Assembly: GCA_902524895.1 (NCBI GenBank)
Contig: CABZFH010000002.1
Coordinates: forward strand, 140,976-204,975
DNA length: 64,000 nt
Direction of reading: 5' to 3'
Source: an uncultured Alphaproteobacteria bacterium
Lineage (GTDB): Bacteria; Pseudomonadota; Alphaproteobacteria; Methylaequorales; Methylaequoraceae
The translations under genes were made by a program, and so were the position numbers. Positions within the stretch are counted from its first letter, which is position 1. Each line of letters starts with the position of its first letter. The notes below the pieces were generated by a model. The model saw nothing but the letters and a program-made list of their open reading frames with translations, was not told where the DNA came from and did no database searches. Shown piece by piece: positions 30,038-40,427 of this stretch.

Positions 30038-31104
30038 TTTTGTATTTTTTCTAAAATTATTTCTATTCTATTAGCTGTTTGTCCATCCCATTTTTCAATT
30101 TTTACTTTCTTTTTTTTCACTTTTTTTACCTTATTAACTACGTTTGTTACGTTAACTAAACAATTTGTTCCATCAGAAATCGTAATTGGTCTTTCTGTAT
30201 TCTTTCTTAATGTAAAGCAAGGAATTCCTAAAAAAGTTGATTCTTCTTGGACTCCTCCTGAGTCAGTAATAATTAATTGCGATTTATTTAGATACATTAA
30301 AAATCTATGGTAACCGAAGGATTCATATAATTTAAGATTTTTAATAGAATTTAACTTTTTAAGTAATTTAAACCTTTCTAAGGATTTTTTAGTTCGAGGA
30401 TGTATGGGAAAAACTAAAGCAATAGTCTTCGATATTTCTTCAATTTTTTCAATTATTTGCAAAAGGTTTTTTTTGTAATCAACATTTTCAGGCCTATGTA
30501 ATGTTATTAGCCCAAACTTTTGAAAATTAACTTTAAAATTTTGATTTTTTTTTAAAATTAGTTTGAGACTATCAACCATTATATTTCCTACAAAAAAAAT
30601 ATTTTTTTTTATATTCTCACGTCTTAAGTTTTTTTCCTCGTTTCTTGTAGGAATAAAATAATAATCAGATATTGAATCAGTTAGTCTTCTATTAATTTCT
30701 TCAGGCAAACAATCATCATAACATCTCAAACCAGCTTCAACGTGAGCTATTTTAATTCCCATTTTCTTAGCGGTTAAAGCAGTTGCTAAAGTTGAATTCA
30801 CATCACCAAAAACAATCACCAAATCAGGTGTGTTTTTATTTATGTATTTTTCATACCTAGACATAATTTTAGAAAACTGTGCATTACTTGAAGATGATCT
30901 AGCATTTAAATTTATATCCGGTAATCGCAAACCTAAATCATCTAATATTTTGTCATACAATTTATTATTGTAATGTTGTCCGGTATTTACAAATGTGGTT
31001 TCAAAATTTTTATTTTTATCTAATAATTTTAAAAGTGGTGCAATTTTTATAAAATTTGGTCTTGCACCTCCTATCAAATGTAATTTTAACTTTGAAGTTT
31101 TCAC
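30010..31104 (-). CDS. wecB: UDP-N-acetylglucosamine 2-epimerase (non-hydrolysing)
   Basis: GARPNFIK, TGQHY, GDVNSTLA, HVEAGLR, PEEINR, TLHRPENVD, TDSGGVQEE, TERP. Confidence 0.92.
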   Translation of the reverse strand: MKTSKLKLHLIGGARPNFIKIAPLLKLLDKNKNFETTFVNTGQHYNNKLYDKILDDLGLRLPDINLNARSSSSNAQFSKIMSRYEKYINKNTPDLVIVFGDVNSTLATALTAKKMGIKIAHVEAGLRCYDDCLPEEINRRLTDSISDYYFIPTRNEEKNLRRENIKKNIFFVGNIMVDSLKLILKKNQNFKVNFQKFGLITLHRPENVDYKKNLLQIIEKIEEISKTIALVFPIHPRTKKSLERFKLLKKLNSIKNLKLYESFGYHRFLMYLNKSQLIITDSGGVQEESTFLGIPCFTLRKNTERPITISDGTNCLVNVTNVVNKVKKVKKKKVKIEKWDGQTANRIEIILEKIQKCDFQRYLF

Positions 31105-33032
31105 AATTTATTTTTCCAATCCTGAAACCAAATTTGAAAAACTAAAAAATTCCATAAAAGGAATTGCCAATTCCTTTTTCCACTAATATGTTCTTTCCAT
31201 TTTTCTCTATATTCTGCAATTTTAAAAATATTTTGATGTTTAACTTCTTTAGAAAAAATTAAATCTTCAATCAAAAAATTAAGTTCGGTTGTTAAAATTT
31301 TATCTAATGGTATACCAAAACCCATTTTGGGTCTGTTAAATAATTTTTCAGGAATATGTTTATTTAATATTTTTTTAAGTATGATTTTTCCTTCATTTTT
31401 CTTTATTTTTTGATCTAATTTTAGTCTCCATGAGTTTTTTACTACATTGTTATCTAAAAATGGTACTCTTACTTCTAGAGAATTATACATGGAAGCCCTA
31501 TCAACTTTTGTGAGAATATCATCTGGCAAATATGTAAGTGTATCAATTAACTGCATTCTTTCAATGATATTTGGAAAAAGTTTCTCAATATCTTTATTAA
31601 ATAAATTATTTTTTTTTTCTCTTGAAGAATTTACATATTTTAAAGGATCTTCTACATTACTTATAATTCTTTTATGAAATGAAGTCTCATCAGGATTTAT
31701 GATTAAATTTGAAAGTTTAATTAATTTGTCACCAAATTGCTTTCCACCATATTGATTGGGAACTAAGTAACCAATAAAATTCCAAAATTTATTAGGTATA
31801 AAAGTTATCAGTTTTAAAATAATAAATTTAAATAATGAGGGTTGATCGTAAATTAATTTTTTATACCTTTCTGCCAGGAAATATCTATAATATCCACCAA
31901 AAAGTTCATCACCCCCATCACCTGATAGAGCAACTTTAACTTTCTTTTTTGTAATTTGTGATAGTAGAAGTGTTGGTAGTTGTGATGAGTCTGCGAAAGG
32001 CTCATCATAAATAGTTCCTAAACTATTTATTAAATTTTTTAGTATTGAATATTCAAAATACTCCTCGTGATGACAAGTGCTTAAAGCATTAGCAATTTTT
32101 TTTGCATAGATTGCCTCATCAAATTCGGTGTCATTAAAACCAATTGTGAATGTCTGTATTTTTTTTTTTGAATTTTTTTGAGCTAAACAAGCTATTAGTG
32201 AACTATCTATTCCACCAGATAAAAAAACTCCCAGTGGAACATCCGATCTCATTTGAGTCTTGACTGAAAAATCTAAATCATTTTCAATTAATTCTTCATT
32301 GACGAAAGATTTTTTTTTATTCTGATTTATAATTACTCTTTTTAGAGACCAATATTCCCTAATATTTATTTTTCCAGTTTGATTTATTACTAAAAAAGTC
32401 CCTGGTTCAATTTTTGAAATTTTTTTAAAGATCGAATGTGGAGTTGGAATATAATTTAATCTAACAAAACTCGAAATTGATTCATAATCAAGGTCAAATT
32501 TAATCCACGGTAAGACTTTGAGTGCCTTAAGTTCAGAGGCAAAAGCAAAATCATTTTTATTGAAATACCAAAATAATGGTTTTATTCCTAATCTATCTCG
32601 GACTAAAAAAAGTTTTTTTTGTACTTTATCCCATAATGAAAATGCAAACATACCATTAAATATTTGTAAAGACTTTTCAAGACCCCATTGAGTTATAGCT
32701 TCTAGAATTATCGCAGTATCTGAATTTGTTTCCAACAACCGATGTTGAAAATTTAATTTTTTTTTTATCTCTAAATAATTATAAATCTCACCATTATATA
32801 CAAGAACATATCTTCTATTACTTGAGGTCATCGGTTGATTTCCTGAAGTTGAAAGATCAATAATTGATAATCTTCTATGCGATAGAGACAAACCTATTTT
32901 TTTATCTACCCAAACCCCAAAAGAATCTGGTCCTCTTTTTATGAGTTTTTTACTCATATTTAAACCATAAAATTTTAAATCATCATCTCCAAGATTTTTT
33001 GAAAATTTAAGAAAGCCAGCTATACCACACAT
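31101..33032 (-). CDS. asnB: AsnB-family glutamine amidotransferase, second paralogue
   Basis: MCGIAG, RGPD, HRRLSIID, YNGEIYN, LSGGIDSS, SGDGGDELFGGY, KVDRASM. Confidence 0.92.
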   Translation of the reverse strand: MCGIAGFLKFSKNLGDDDLKFYGLNMSKKLIKRGPDSFGVWVDKKIGLSLSHRRLSIIDLSTSGNQPMTSSNRRYVLVYNGEIYNYLEIKKKLNFQHRLLETNSDTAIILEAITQWGLEKSLQIFNGMFAFSLWDKVQKKLFLVRDRLGIKPLFWYFNKNDFAFASELKALKVLPWIKFDLDYESISSFVRLNYIPTPHSIFKKISKIEPGTFLVINQTGKINIREYWSLKRVIINQNKKKSFVNEELIENDLDFSVKTQMRSDVPLGVFLSGGIDSSLIACLAQKNSKKKIQTFTIGFNDTEFDEAIYAKKIANALSTCHHEEYFEYSILKNLINSLGTIYDEPFADSSQLPTLLLSQITKKKVKVALSGDGGDELFGGYYRYFLAERYKKLIYDQPSLFKFIILKLITFIPNKFWNFIGYLVPNQYGGKQFGDKLIKLSNLIINPDETSFHKRIISNVEDPLKYVNSSREKKNNLFNKDIEKLFPNIIERMQLIDTLTYLPDDILTKVDRASMYNSLEVRVPFLDNNVVKNSWRLKLDQKIKKNEGKIILKKILNKHIPEKLFNRPKMGFGIPLDKILTTELNFLIEDLIFSKEVKHQNIFKIAEYREKWKEHISGKRNWQFLLWNFLVFQIWFQDWKNKL

Positions 33033-33053
33033 ATATAAGACAAAGATTAGTAA

Positions 33054-33995
33054 TTAAAAAATAATTTTAAGATTATTATTTTTTGTTAAATAATTTTTTA
33101 TTAGAAATTTGAGATTTATGTTAAATTCTTTCTTTTGACAAAATTTTACATCTAACTTTTTGAGGTCTTCATAAGTTTTTCTAAGTAAGCGCATGTATGG
33201 CAAATAAATTAATTTGTACGTTTCTTTATCAACTTTAAAATTTTCGCTATAAATTTTGTAAATATACTTATTATAAATTTTCAAACCTTGCATATGATAA
33301 AAAATAAGTTCATTCAATTTTTCTTTCCGAAACACTAGTACGTTATAATCGTTTGTTATATTCCATGGAGCTACATTAATTCCGCTGAAAGAACAATTAT
33401 TAACTTTTTTAAATTTTATTGGAAATTCATTTAAATATTTTTGATCTGCATAAGTTTTCCTAGTCACATATGCAGAACATTTTTGTTTGCACTTTTTTTG
33501 CCACCAATTTAAAGCTAACTTTGAATTAGAGTTCTGTTTGAAAGCTATAAAGCCAGCATTGTATTCTCCAACTTTTTTTGTTAAAGCCCAAAATTCTTTA
33601 TTTGATGGATTGTGAGAAGTTATCAAGATATCATAATCGTCATTTAATGAATTTTTAAAGTCTTTAAACACCATTGAGTCTGAATCTAGATAAACTGCCC
33701 ATTTAGTATTGATGAATTTTTTAAAAATATATAAAAGACAAATTGGTTTTAAAGTCCAACAAAATTCATTAATTTTTCGCTTTTCTCTTAATTTTGATAA
33801 AACCCTATTTTCAAAACTATTTGTGTTAATTAATTTTAATTTACTTGATTTGTAATTTTTTAAAACATCATAGGACTCATCATCAATACAAAAAATAATA
33901 AATTTATCCATTTTTAGAAAAGGAGACATACTTCTAAATAATGTTAATCCTCTGAGCACATAATCTTGATTTATAATTGTACAAAAAATGTTCAT
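33054..33995 (-). CDS. Putative GT-A glycosyltransferase
   Basis: FCWTLKP, YLDSD (DxD), YNAGF, DQKYL, NVAPWN, FYH; ATGA coupling to the galE stop. Confidence 0.7.
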   Translation of the reverse strand: MNIFCTIINQDYVLRGLTLFRSMSPFLKMDKFIIFCIDDESYDVLKNYKSSKLKLINTNSFENRVLSKLREKRKINEFCWTLKPICLLYIFKKFINTKWAVYLDSDSMVFKDFKNSLNDDYDILITSHNPSNKEFWALTKKVGEYNAGFIAFKQNSNSKLALNWWQKKCKQKCSAYVTRKTYADQKYLNEFPIKFKKVNNCSFSGINVAPWNITNDYNVLVFRKEKLNELIFYHMQGLKIYNKYIYKIYSENFKVDKETYKLIYLPYMRLLRKTYEDLKKLDVKFCQKKEFNINLKFLIKNYLTKNNNLKIIF

Positions 33996-34966
33996 TTCTT
34001 TTTTTCCCAATTAATTGCAGTGTTTAAAATTGTATTTAAATCAGAACAAATTGGTCTCCATCCTAGAGTTTCTTTTGCTTTTTTAATTGATGCAACCAAA
34101 CAGTCTGCATCACCTCTTCTTCTGGGTAAGAACGAAAATTTTACTTTTTTACTTAGAAAAGATTCAATTTTGTTTACAATTTCTAATATTGAATAACCAG
34201 TTCCTGAACCAATATTAAAATCATCACTTTTTTTTTTATTTAATAGATGTTGAACTGCTAGAAAGTGAGCATCAGCAATATCATTTACATGAACAAAATC
34301 TCTAACACATGTACCGTCGTGAGTTTTGTAATCATTACCATAAATTTGTAAATTTTTATTATTAATAACTGATTTTATTATTTGTGGAATTATTCTTTTG
34401 TGATTTTCATTTGATTCTCCAATCTCATTATTTAAGTCAGCACCTGCAGCGTTAAAATATCTCAAAATAACATACTCTATATTATTTTCTTGTTGGGCAC
34501 TTTTTATTATATTTTCGCATACCATTTTTGAAAATGCATATGGACTTAATGGATTCATGATTCGATTTTCACTAATATTAGAACTTGATATATTACCAAA
34601 TGTAGAGCAACTTGAAGAAAAAATTATGTTATTTAAATTATACTTCTTAACTGCTTTTATTAAATTAATTGTTGTTTTAATATTGTTTTCATAATACGAA
34701 AAAGGTTTTAAATTTGACTCACCAATATCTGCGAAAGCAGCTAAATGAATTATAGAAATTGGATTGATTTTTTTAAGGCTATTTTCTAAATAGTTAATAT
34801 CAAGAAGATCTCCAATTAAAAGTTCACCCCATTTTACAGCCCATTTATTCCCTCTGGATAAATTATCTAAGCAATAAATATTGAAACCATTGTTGCTTAA
34901 TTTTTTACAAACATGACTTCCAATATATCCAGCTCCACCAGTTATAAAAATATTTTTATTTTTCAT
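33992..34966 (-). CDS. galE: UDP-glucose 4-epimerase
   Basis: ITGGAGYIGSH, FSSSCS, PYAFSK, LRYFNAAGA, DGTCVRDFVHV. Confidence 0.9.
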   Translation of the reverse strand: MKNKNIFITGGAGYIGSHVCKKLSNNGFNIYCLDNLSRGNKWAVKWGELLIGDLLDINYLENSLKKINPISIIHLAAFADIGESNLKPFSYYENNIKTTINLIKAVKKYNLNNIIFSSSCSTFGNISSSNISENRIMNPLSPYAFSKMVCENIIKSAQQENNIEYVILRYFNAAGADLNNEIGESNENHKRIIPQIIKSVINNKNLQIYGNDYKTHDGTCVRDFVHVNDIADAHFLAVQHLLNKKKSDDFNIGSGTGYSILEIVNKIESFLSKKVKFSFLPRRRGDADCLVASIKKAKETLGWRPICSDLNTILNTAINWEKKK

Positions 34967-34987
34967 TAAATATAAAACTATAGATAT

Positions 34988-36589
34988 TTAACTTATTAAA
35001 TCTTCTTCTTTTGTTTTTAACCATTTACTTAATTTAACAACATCTTCTGAATCTATTAAAAACCTAGATTTATTAATTCTGACATCTAATTTAGCATCTT
35101 TAGTTTTAAGGTATTTGAATTTGATTGCTTTTGTTTTTAGCTGTTTAGATATCAGAGTAGCATAAGCAAATTTAGTTGCTATATCAATTTTTTTTTTTGA
35201 ATATTTTTTATATTTAATAATATTTTTAAGTTTTAAAAAATACTCAGCTTTAGAATCAGAATCGATTGTGAAACCTAAATTATCATATCTTCCAGTACCT
35301 GCAGTTATAACTGGAATTCCAAAACAAGCTGCTTCAATCCCAACAGTACCTCTTACAGTTATGCAATAGTCGATAAATTTATACAAAGATAAAGTTGACT
35401 CATTAGAGGAGGGTTTAATAATCTTTATATACGATGGTATGGTTCCAAAAAAACTTTTAATGGTATCAATCTCAGAAAAAGATTTATTATCTCTGATATT
35501 CTTTACTTCGTTAGCTGGGTGACATTTTATGATCCAATTAATAGGTTTAATTTGTTTTATATAATTTATTGTTTTAATTAACCAGTCCTCATAATTTAGG
35601 AAAATATCTTTACCATAAAATAAGGTTGCATCGTACAAAATATGGGTGAAGATTATAGCTATTGGGTAATTAGGATTAAGATTATATTTTTTTATAAATT
35701 GCTCTTTTGATATTTTTTTTTTAAAAAAAGATGTCCCTACTTCGTCATACCATTCTCCGTTTTGGTAGCAATATCTCAGTTCTTTTTTAACCAACTTATT
35801 AATTGAGGTATTAATTTTATTACTATTTATTAATTTATTTAAATAATCACTGGATACCGAAAATGGATGTTGCGTTTTGTTTCTATCATTGAATCTTTTA
35901 TAATTTAGAATTCCACTTTTATGTCCTGCATGAAACTCAATTACGTCAATTTTATAATTTATTGCTACATCAAAAAAAATTCCATCAGGTAAATATCCTC
36001 TGTCTTCAAAGAAAAACTTTTCAGGATTATGTAGTTTTATCATTTTGATTGCAAATTCAACATTTTTAATTGCACTTGTCATATATTTAATAACAGATTT
36101 TTTAAACTCATTTCTATAATCAATACTTCCTTTTTTTTCTTTTCTTAACTTAGTTGATGTAATTAATTTTAAAATATTTATATCTTTATATTTAACTATT
36201 CCCTTAAAGTTATTGTTCTTGAAATCAAGATATAATTGTTCTGATATTTTGTTTGTTCCTAAAAATGGTTGATAAAAAAAAATAAAATCACTTATACCTA
36301 ATTTCTTGTAGGCTAACTGGATGGACCATGTTGGTGTTGAAAGAAAAATTATGATTTCGTTGTTATTCTTTAAGCATGCTAAAATTTGGGGGATTTGCAT
36401 CAAAATATTGGAAATATTTGATCTACCCATCATAAAAATTTTTTTTTTTTTAAATTTGTACTGCGTATTAGGCAGTTCAAAAGTTTCAATTCTGGCTTTG
36501 ATTTCTCTATAAATACTAAGATTTTTTTTCACATACTTTGGATTAAAAAAGTCGTTTAAATAATATAATTGTTTCAGAATAAAATGCAT
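34988..36589 (-). CDS. Capsule_synth (KpsC/KpsS-like) protein, candidate CMP-nonulosonate transferase
   Basis: WIIKCHP and ITVRGTVGIEAA..GIPVITAG in the C-terminal domain; adjacent to neuA. Confidence 0.62.
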   Translation of the reverse strand: MHFILKQLYYLNDFFNPKYVKKNLSIYREIKARIETFELPNTQYKFKKKKIFMMGRSNISNILMQIPQILACLKNNNEIIIFLSTPTWSIQLAYKKLGISDFIFFYQPFLGTNKISEQLYLDFKNNNFKGIVKYKDINILKLITSTKLRKEKKGSIDYRNEFKKSVIKYMTSAIKNVEFAIKMIKLHNPEKFFFEDRGYLPDGIFFDVAINYKIDVIEFHAGHKSGILNYKRFNDRNKTQHPFSVSSDYLNKLINSNKINTSINKLVKKELRYCYQNGEWYDEVGTSFFKKKISKEQFIKKYNLNPNYPIAIIFTHILYDATLFYGKDIFLNYEDWLIKTINYIKQIKPINWIIKCHPANEVKNIRDNKSFSEIDTIKSFFGTIPSYIKIIKPSSNESTLSLYKFIDYCITVRGTVGIEAACFGIPVITAGTGRYDNLGFTIDSDSKAEYFLKLKNIIKYKKYSKKKIDIATKFAYATLISKQLKTKAIKFKYLKTKDAKLDVRINKSRFLIDSEDVVKLSKWLKTKEEDLIS

Positions 36590-36604
36590 AAAATTAATTA
36601 AACT

Positions 36605-37288
36605 TTATTTTTTTAGAAAAATATTTTTGTGAAGTATTTTAACCATTAAGAAATCTTCTTCTGAATTTATATCAAGAGATTCTGTATTACTAACCAAATA
36701 TGGAAAGGTGTTTTTACTCACAATTTTTTTTTCTTTTAAAAAAAAATCATTTTTTAATATGTACACTACACCTACTTCATAAAACAATGGTTCCCTTTCT
36801 TGTCTTCTTCTGAAGATTTTTTTCTGAATAGGTGTGAATTTATTTTTTTTTATACTGGCCAAAAGTTTATCCGTTTTTGCTACCGTCATTAAAGATTCAA
36901 GATTTTGATTTTGTAGGATATTAAAAGCGTCTATAATTGTTTTTTTTTTACGAAGAGGTGTTGTTGGTTCAAAAATAAAAATATAATCAAAATATTTTTT
37001 TTTTTTAGATAGTTCACTTATTACATGAATTATACACTCTTCTGTAGAACTTGTATCTAAAGATAAGTTAGCTGGTCTTAACATAAAATTAAAGTTATTA
37101 TCTTGAGAAATTTTTCTTATTCTTTCGCTATCTGAGGATATTACAGCATAATCAATAAAAGTTAATGATTTAACAAACTCAATAGTCCAAAGTACTAAGG
37201 GTTTTCCATTAAAAATTTTAAAATTCTTACCTTCAACACCTTTTGAATTTTGTCTTGCAGGAATTATTGCGATTGATTTGGAAACCAT
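36605..37288 (-). CDS. neuA: CMP-nonulosonic acid synthetase (acylneuraminate cytidylyltransferase)
   Basis: IIPARQNSKG..KN..FNGKPL, SSD, RP..L, EPTTPLR, DINSEEDF. Confidence 0.88.
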   Translation of the reverse strand: MVSKSIAIIPARQNSKGVEGKNFKIFNGKPLVLWTIEFVKSLTFIDYAVISSDSERIRKISQDNNFNFMLRPANLSLDTSSTEECIIHVISELSKKKKYFDYIFIFEPTTPLRKKKTIIDAFNILQNQNLESLMTVAKTDKLLASIKKNKFTPIQKKIFRRRQEREPLFYEVGVVYILKNDFFLKEKKIVSKNTFPYLVSNTESLDINSEEDFLMVKILHKNIFLKK

Positions 37289-37354
37289 TAAAAGTTTATT
37301 TTGTAAATTTTCTTAAACTTAATCATTAACAAATAAAATCAATCTCAGGCTTTT

Positions 37355-38323
37355 TTACCAGTTTTGATTATAGTTTTTATTGGTTGAAATTCTAATAATA
37401 CCCTCCTGTAAAGAAATTCTTGGCTCAAACCCTAGTTCTTTTTTTGCCAAAGTAGTATCGCAATATCTTTTAAAAATCTCCCTATTAAAACTTCTATCGC
37501 TTGAACTAAAAGGGATATTTTTTATTCTAATATTTGGTTTTTTTAGAACATTTATAGCTATTTCTGCTGCTCTGTTCAAGCTAAACACTTGCTTGCTATT
37601 ACCTATATTGTAAACTTTATTTTTGGATTTATTTGTCTCAATTATTTTCAAAAGCGCATTACAACTGTCTTCCACATGGCAAAAAGATCTTTCTTGGAGT
37701 CCATCTCCATAGATCTCTGGAGATTGATTATCCATAATCTTTCTAACAACCCTAGTCAAAAAAAATTGACTAACTTGATTTTCTCCATAGGTATTAAAAA
37801 AACGGACAATTGTATAATTTAAATTTGGATTTAATTGATTATATCCTTTGACATACTCTTCACCAGCCAATTTTGTTACAGCATAAACAGTTTTTCCTTG
37901 CGTTTCAGAAAGCTCATTTATCGGGTTGCATCTTGGTTCACCATACACCTCAGAGGAAGATGCAAATATTATGTGCTTTACATCCGCAAAAAGAGATGCT
38001 TGTAGTACATTTTCAGTTCCACATACATTTATTTCAAGACATTTTAGCTTTTGTTCTTCAGTTCTCTGAACACCCAACATAGCAGCTAAATGAAAAACAA
38101 TTTCTACATTCTCCATTGCACTGTTTAATGCCGATCTATCTAAAATCGAACCAGGAAAAAAATTAAATTTTCTGTTATGAGAAAATTCCTTAAATTTGTT
38201 TTCGTTTCTTTTAATCTGTTCATGTAGATCAAAACAGATCACATTAAATTTCTTGCGTAAAAGTTGCCTACATAAATCAATTCCAATAAGACCAGCACCA
38301 CCTGTTATTAAAATCTTTTTCAT
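37355..38323 (-). CDS. NAD-dependent epimerase/dehydratase (extended SDR)
   Basis: ITGGAGLIG, HLAA, ASSSEVYG, YAVTK, RFFNTYG. Confidence 0.88.
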   Translation of the reverse strand: MKKILITGGAGLIGIDLCRQLLRKKFNVICFDLHEQIKRNENKFKEFSHNRKFNFFPGSILDRSALNSAMENVEIVFHLAAMLGVQRTEEQKLKCLEINVCGTENVLQASLFADVKHIIFASSSEVYGEPRCNPINELSETQGKTVYAVTKLAGEEYVKGYNQLNPNLNYTIVRFFNTYGENQVSQFFLTRVVRKIMDNQSPEIYGDGLQERSFCHVEDSCNALLKIIETNKSKNKVYNIGNSKQVFSLNRAAEIAINVLKKPNIRIKNIPFSSSDRSFNREIFKRYCDTTLAKKELGFEPRISLQEGIIRISTNKNYNQNW

Positions 38324-39291
38324 TTGATTAAATATTCTTCATTTAATATTTTTGTAATTGACTCTTTTATATGCATAAATTTACTGAAATCAAAATATTT
38401 AATAATTTTTGAGTTATTGGAACATGATCTAATTATATCACCTTGTCTTTTATCCTGAAATGTAGGAGAGTCAAATGAAAATTTTAAATTCAGGTCTTCC
38501 ATCACAGATTTCATTTCATAAAATAAATCCAATATACTCAATTCTCTACCTGAGCCAACATTAAAAATTTCAAACAAATAACTATTTTCTTTCAAAATTA
38601 TTCTTTCAATTAGTCTTGAAAGATCCATCACGTCAATAAAATCTCTTGTCGCTTTTCCGTCACCAAATACTTTAGGCACATCATTGTTTAAAAAAGAACT
38701 TATCCATCTCGGTATTACTGCACCGTAGTAACTATTCTTTGATTGCCATGGGCCAACTACGTTAAAAAATCTTAAACCAGTTATTTTTAAATTTTTATGT
38801 AAATTAATAAACATTTTACCGTAAATTTCATTCGTAACCTTTGATACCGCATATGGACTTTGGGGATTAAGAATATGATTTTCCTTGAGAGGAAGATTTT
38901 TACTGTTACCATAAACTGAACAACTAGATGCAAAAATTACATCTGATACATTATTTTCAAGTGCACAATCTAAAATATTAAGAAATCCTTGAGAATTTAT
39001 TGAATCATTTTCCATCATATTATAAATTGACTTTTGAACAGACACTTGCCCTGCTAAATTTATAATAATTTTACAGTTTTGAGAAATTTCTTTTAGTAAT
39101 TTTTTATTTCTAATATCTCCTTCAAAAAATTCAAAATTACTGTTAAATTTTTTTTTTAATAAGTTAGTTTTTTTTTTAGTGCCAGAAAAGTAATTATCTA
39201 ATCCGAACACTCTATAGTTTTTTTTCAATAGATAATTGCAAAGATTAAAACCAATAAAACCAGCTGATCCTGTCACTAAAATATTCATCAA
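38320..39291 (-). CDS. NAD-dependent epimerase (WbpP/Gne-like 4-epimerase)
   Basis: VTGSAGFIG, ASSCSVYG, SPYAVSK, LRFFNV.GP.Q, AVIPRW, GDG..TRDF. Confidence 0.85.
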   Translation of the reverse strand: MMNILVTGSAGFIGFNLCNYLLKKNYRVFGLDNYFSGTKKKTNLLKKKFNSNFEFFEGDIRNKKLLKEISQNCKIIINLAGQVSVQKSIYNMMENDSINSQGFLNILDCALENNVSDVIFASSCSVYGNSKNLPLKENHILNPQSPYAVSKVTNEIYGKMFINLHKNLKITGLRFFNVVGPWQSKNSYYGAVIPRWISSFLNNDVPKVFGDGKATRDFIDVMDLSRLIERIILKENSYLFEIFNVGSGRELSILDLFYEMKSVMEDLNLKFSFDSPTFQDKRQGDIIRSCSNNSKIIKYFDFSKFMHIKESITKILNEEYLIK

Positions 39292-40427
39292 TAAACTGTT
39301 TTTTTATCTAATAATTTTTTGTCTAGTGATATTTTCTCTAAAATCTTACAAATTCGTTTACCACTTTTTCCGTCTCCATACAGATTCTCAACATTTAAAC
39401 AAATATCTCTGAAATTTGGATTTAGAACTTTTTTTATTGCTAGCCTTATAGAGTTAAAACTATAGCTACAATTCACAATATTCTTTGATTGCGGTCTTCC
39501 TCTTTGTCTAATACCCACATTGATAACTGGCTTTTTAAACGATGGTGCCTCAAGTATACCTGCAGAAGAATTTCCTATGAGGAATGTGCAATTTTTCAAT
39601 AAATTCAAAAATAATTCTCTTCTAATATTTCTAAATACCTTTAATTTTTTTAATTTATAAGAATTTATAACACTAAGAATTTTATCCGAACCAAGATCAG
39701 TATTAGGAAATATACAAATTACATTTGAGTCAAGAGCAAAACAGTTCTTTAAAATATTATTCATATATTCACCAACTAGGTCTATCTCTGTCATTATTGG
39801 ATGAAAAATTACAAGTATAAAATCCTTAGAAACGAATTTTTTTGTAGATAGATTCTTAAACTCATATTTTTCTGAATCTTCATTAATATTATCGAGTTGA
39901 GGCGCGCCTGTATCGAATATTCTGAATCTTTGTTCTCCTAAATTTTCTAATCTTTTTTTAGAATCTTCACACGATGCGAAATGAATATGAGCTAACTTAG
40001 CAATCGCATATCGGGCTGCATCATCAATATGACCAGATTTATCCCCAGCTTGAACATGAGCTACAGGAAAATTCATATAAACAGCCGATATACAAACTGA
40101 TAAACTTTCAATTCTATCCCCAAATATTAAAACTATGTCAGGCTTAATTCTATGTATTATTTTAGAGAACTTTGAAATAGCTATACCCATATTATAAGAC
40201 CATAGAGGACTTTTTTTAGTTATTTCAAATTTTACTTTTTCATCTATACTAATTTTATCACTAATAATTTCGTTAATAGATCTGCCAAATTTACTTGATA
40301 AGTGGCTACCTGTCAGCAAGGTCTTAAAGGATAAATTAGGAAAATCTTTTATAGCTTTAATAACATTTTTTGAATAACCATAAGTGGCTCTTGATTCTAA
40401 TGTAAATAAAATCTTCCTCTTCTTCAT
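39288..40427 (-). CDS. neuC: UDP-GlcNAc 2-epimerase (hydrolysing)
   Basis: SRATYG, TGSHLS, GDR.E, AHVQAGD.SG.ID, GNSSAGILEAP, G.RQ.GR, YGDG. Confidence 0.9.
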   Translation of the reverse strand: MKKRKILFTLESRATYGYSKNVIKAIKDFPNLSFKTLLTGSHLSSKFGRSINEIISDKISIDEKVKFEITKKSPLWSYNMGIAISKFSKIIHRIKPDIVLIFGDRIESLSVCISAVYMNFPVAHVQAGDKSGHIDDAARYAIAKLAHIHFASCEDSKKRLENLGEQRFRIFDTGAPQLDNINEDSEKYEFKNLSTKKFVSKDFILVIFHPIMTEIDLVGEYMNNILKNCFALDSNVICIFPNTDLGSDKILSVINSYKLKKLKVFRNIRRELFLNLLKNCTFLIGNSSAGILEAPSFKKPVINVGIRQRGRPQSKNIVNCSYSFNSIRLAIKKVLNPNFRDICLNVENLYGDGKSGKRICKILEKISLDKKLLDKKTVY

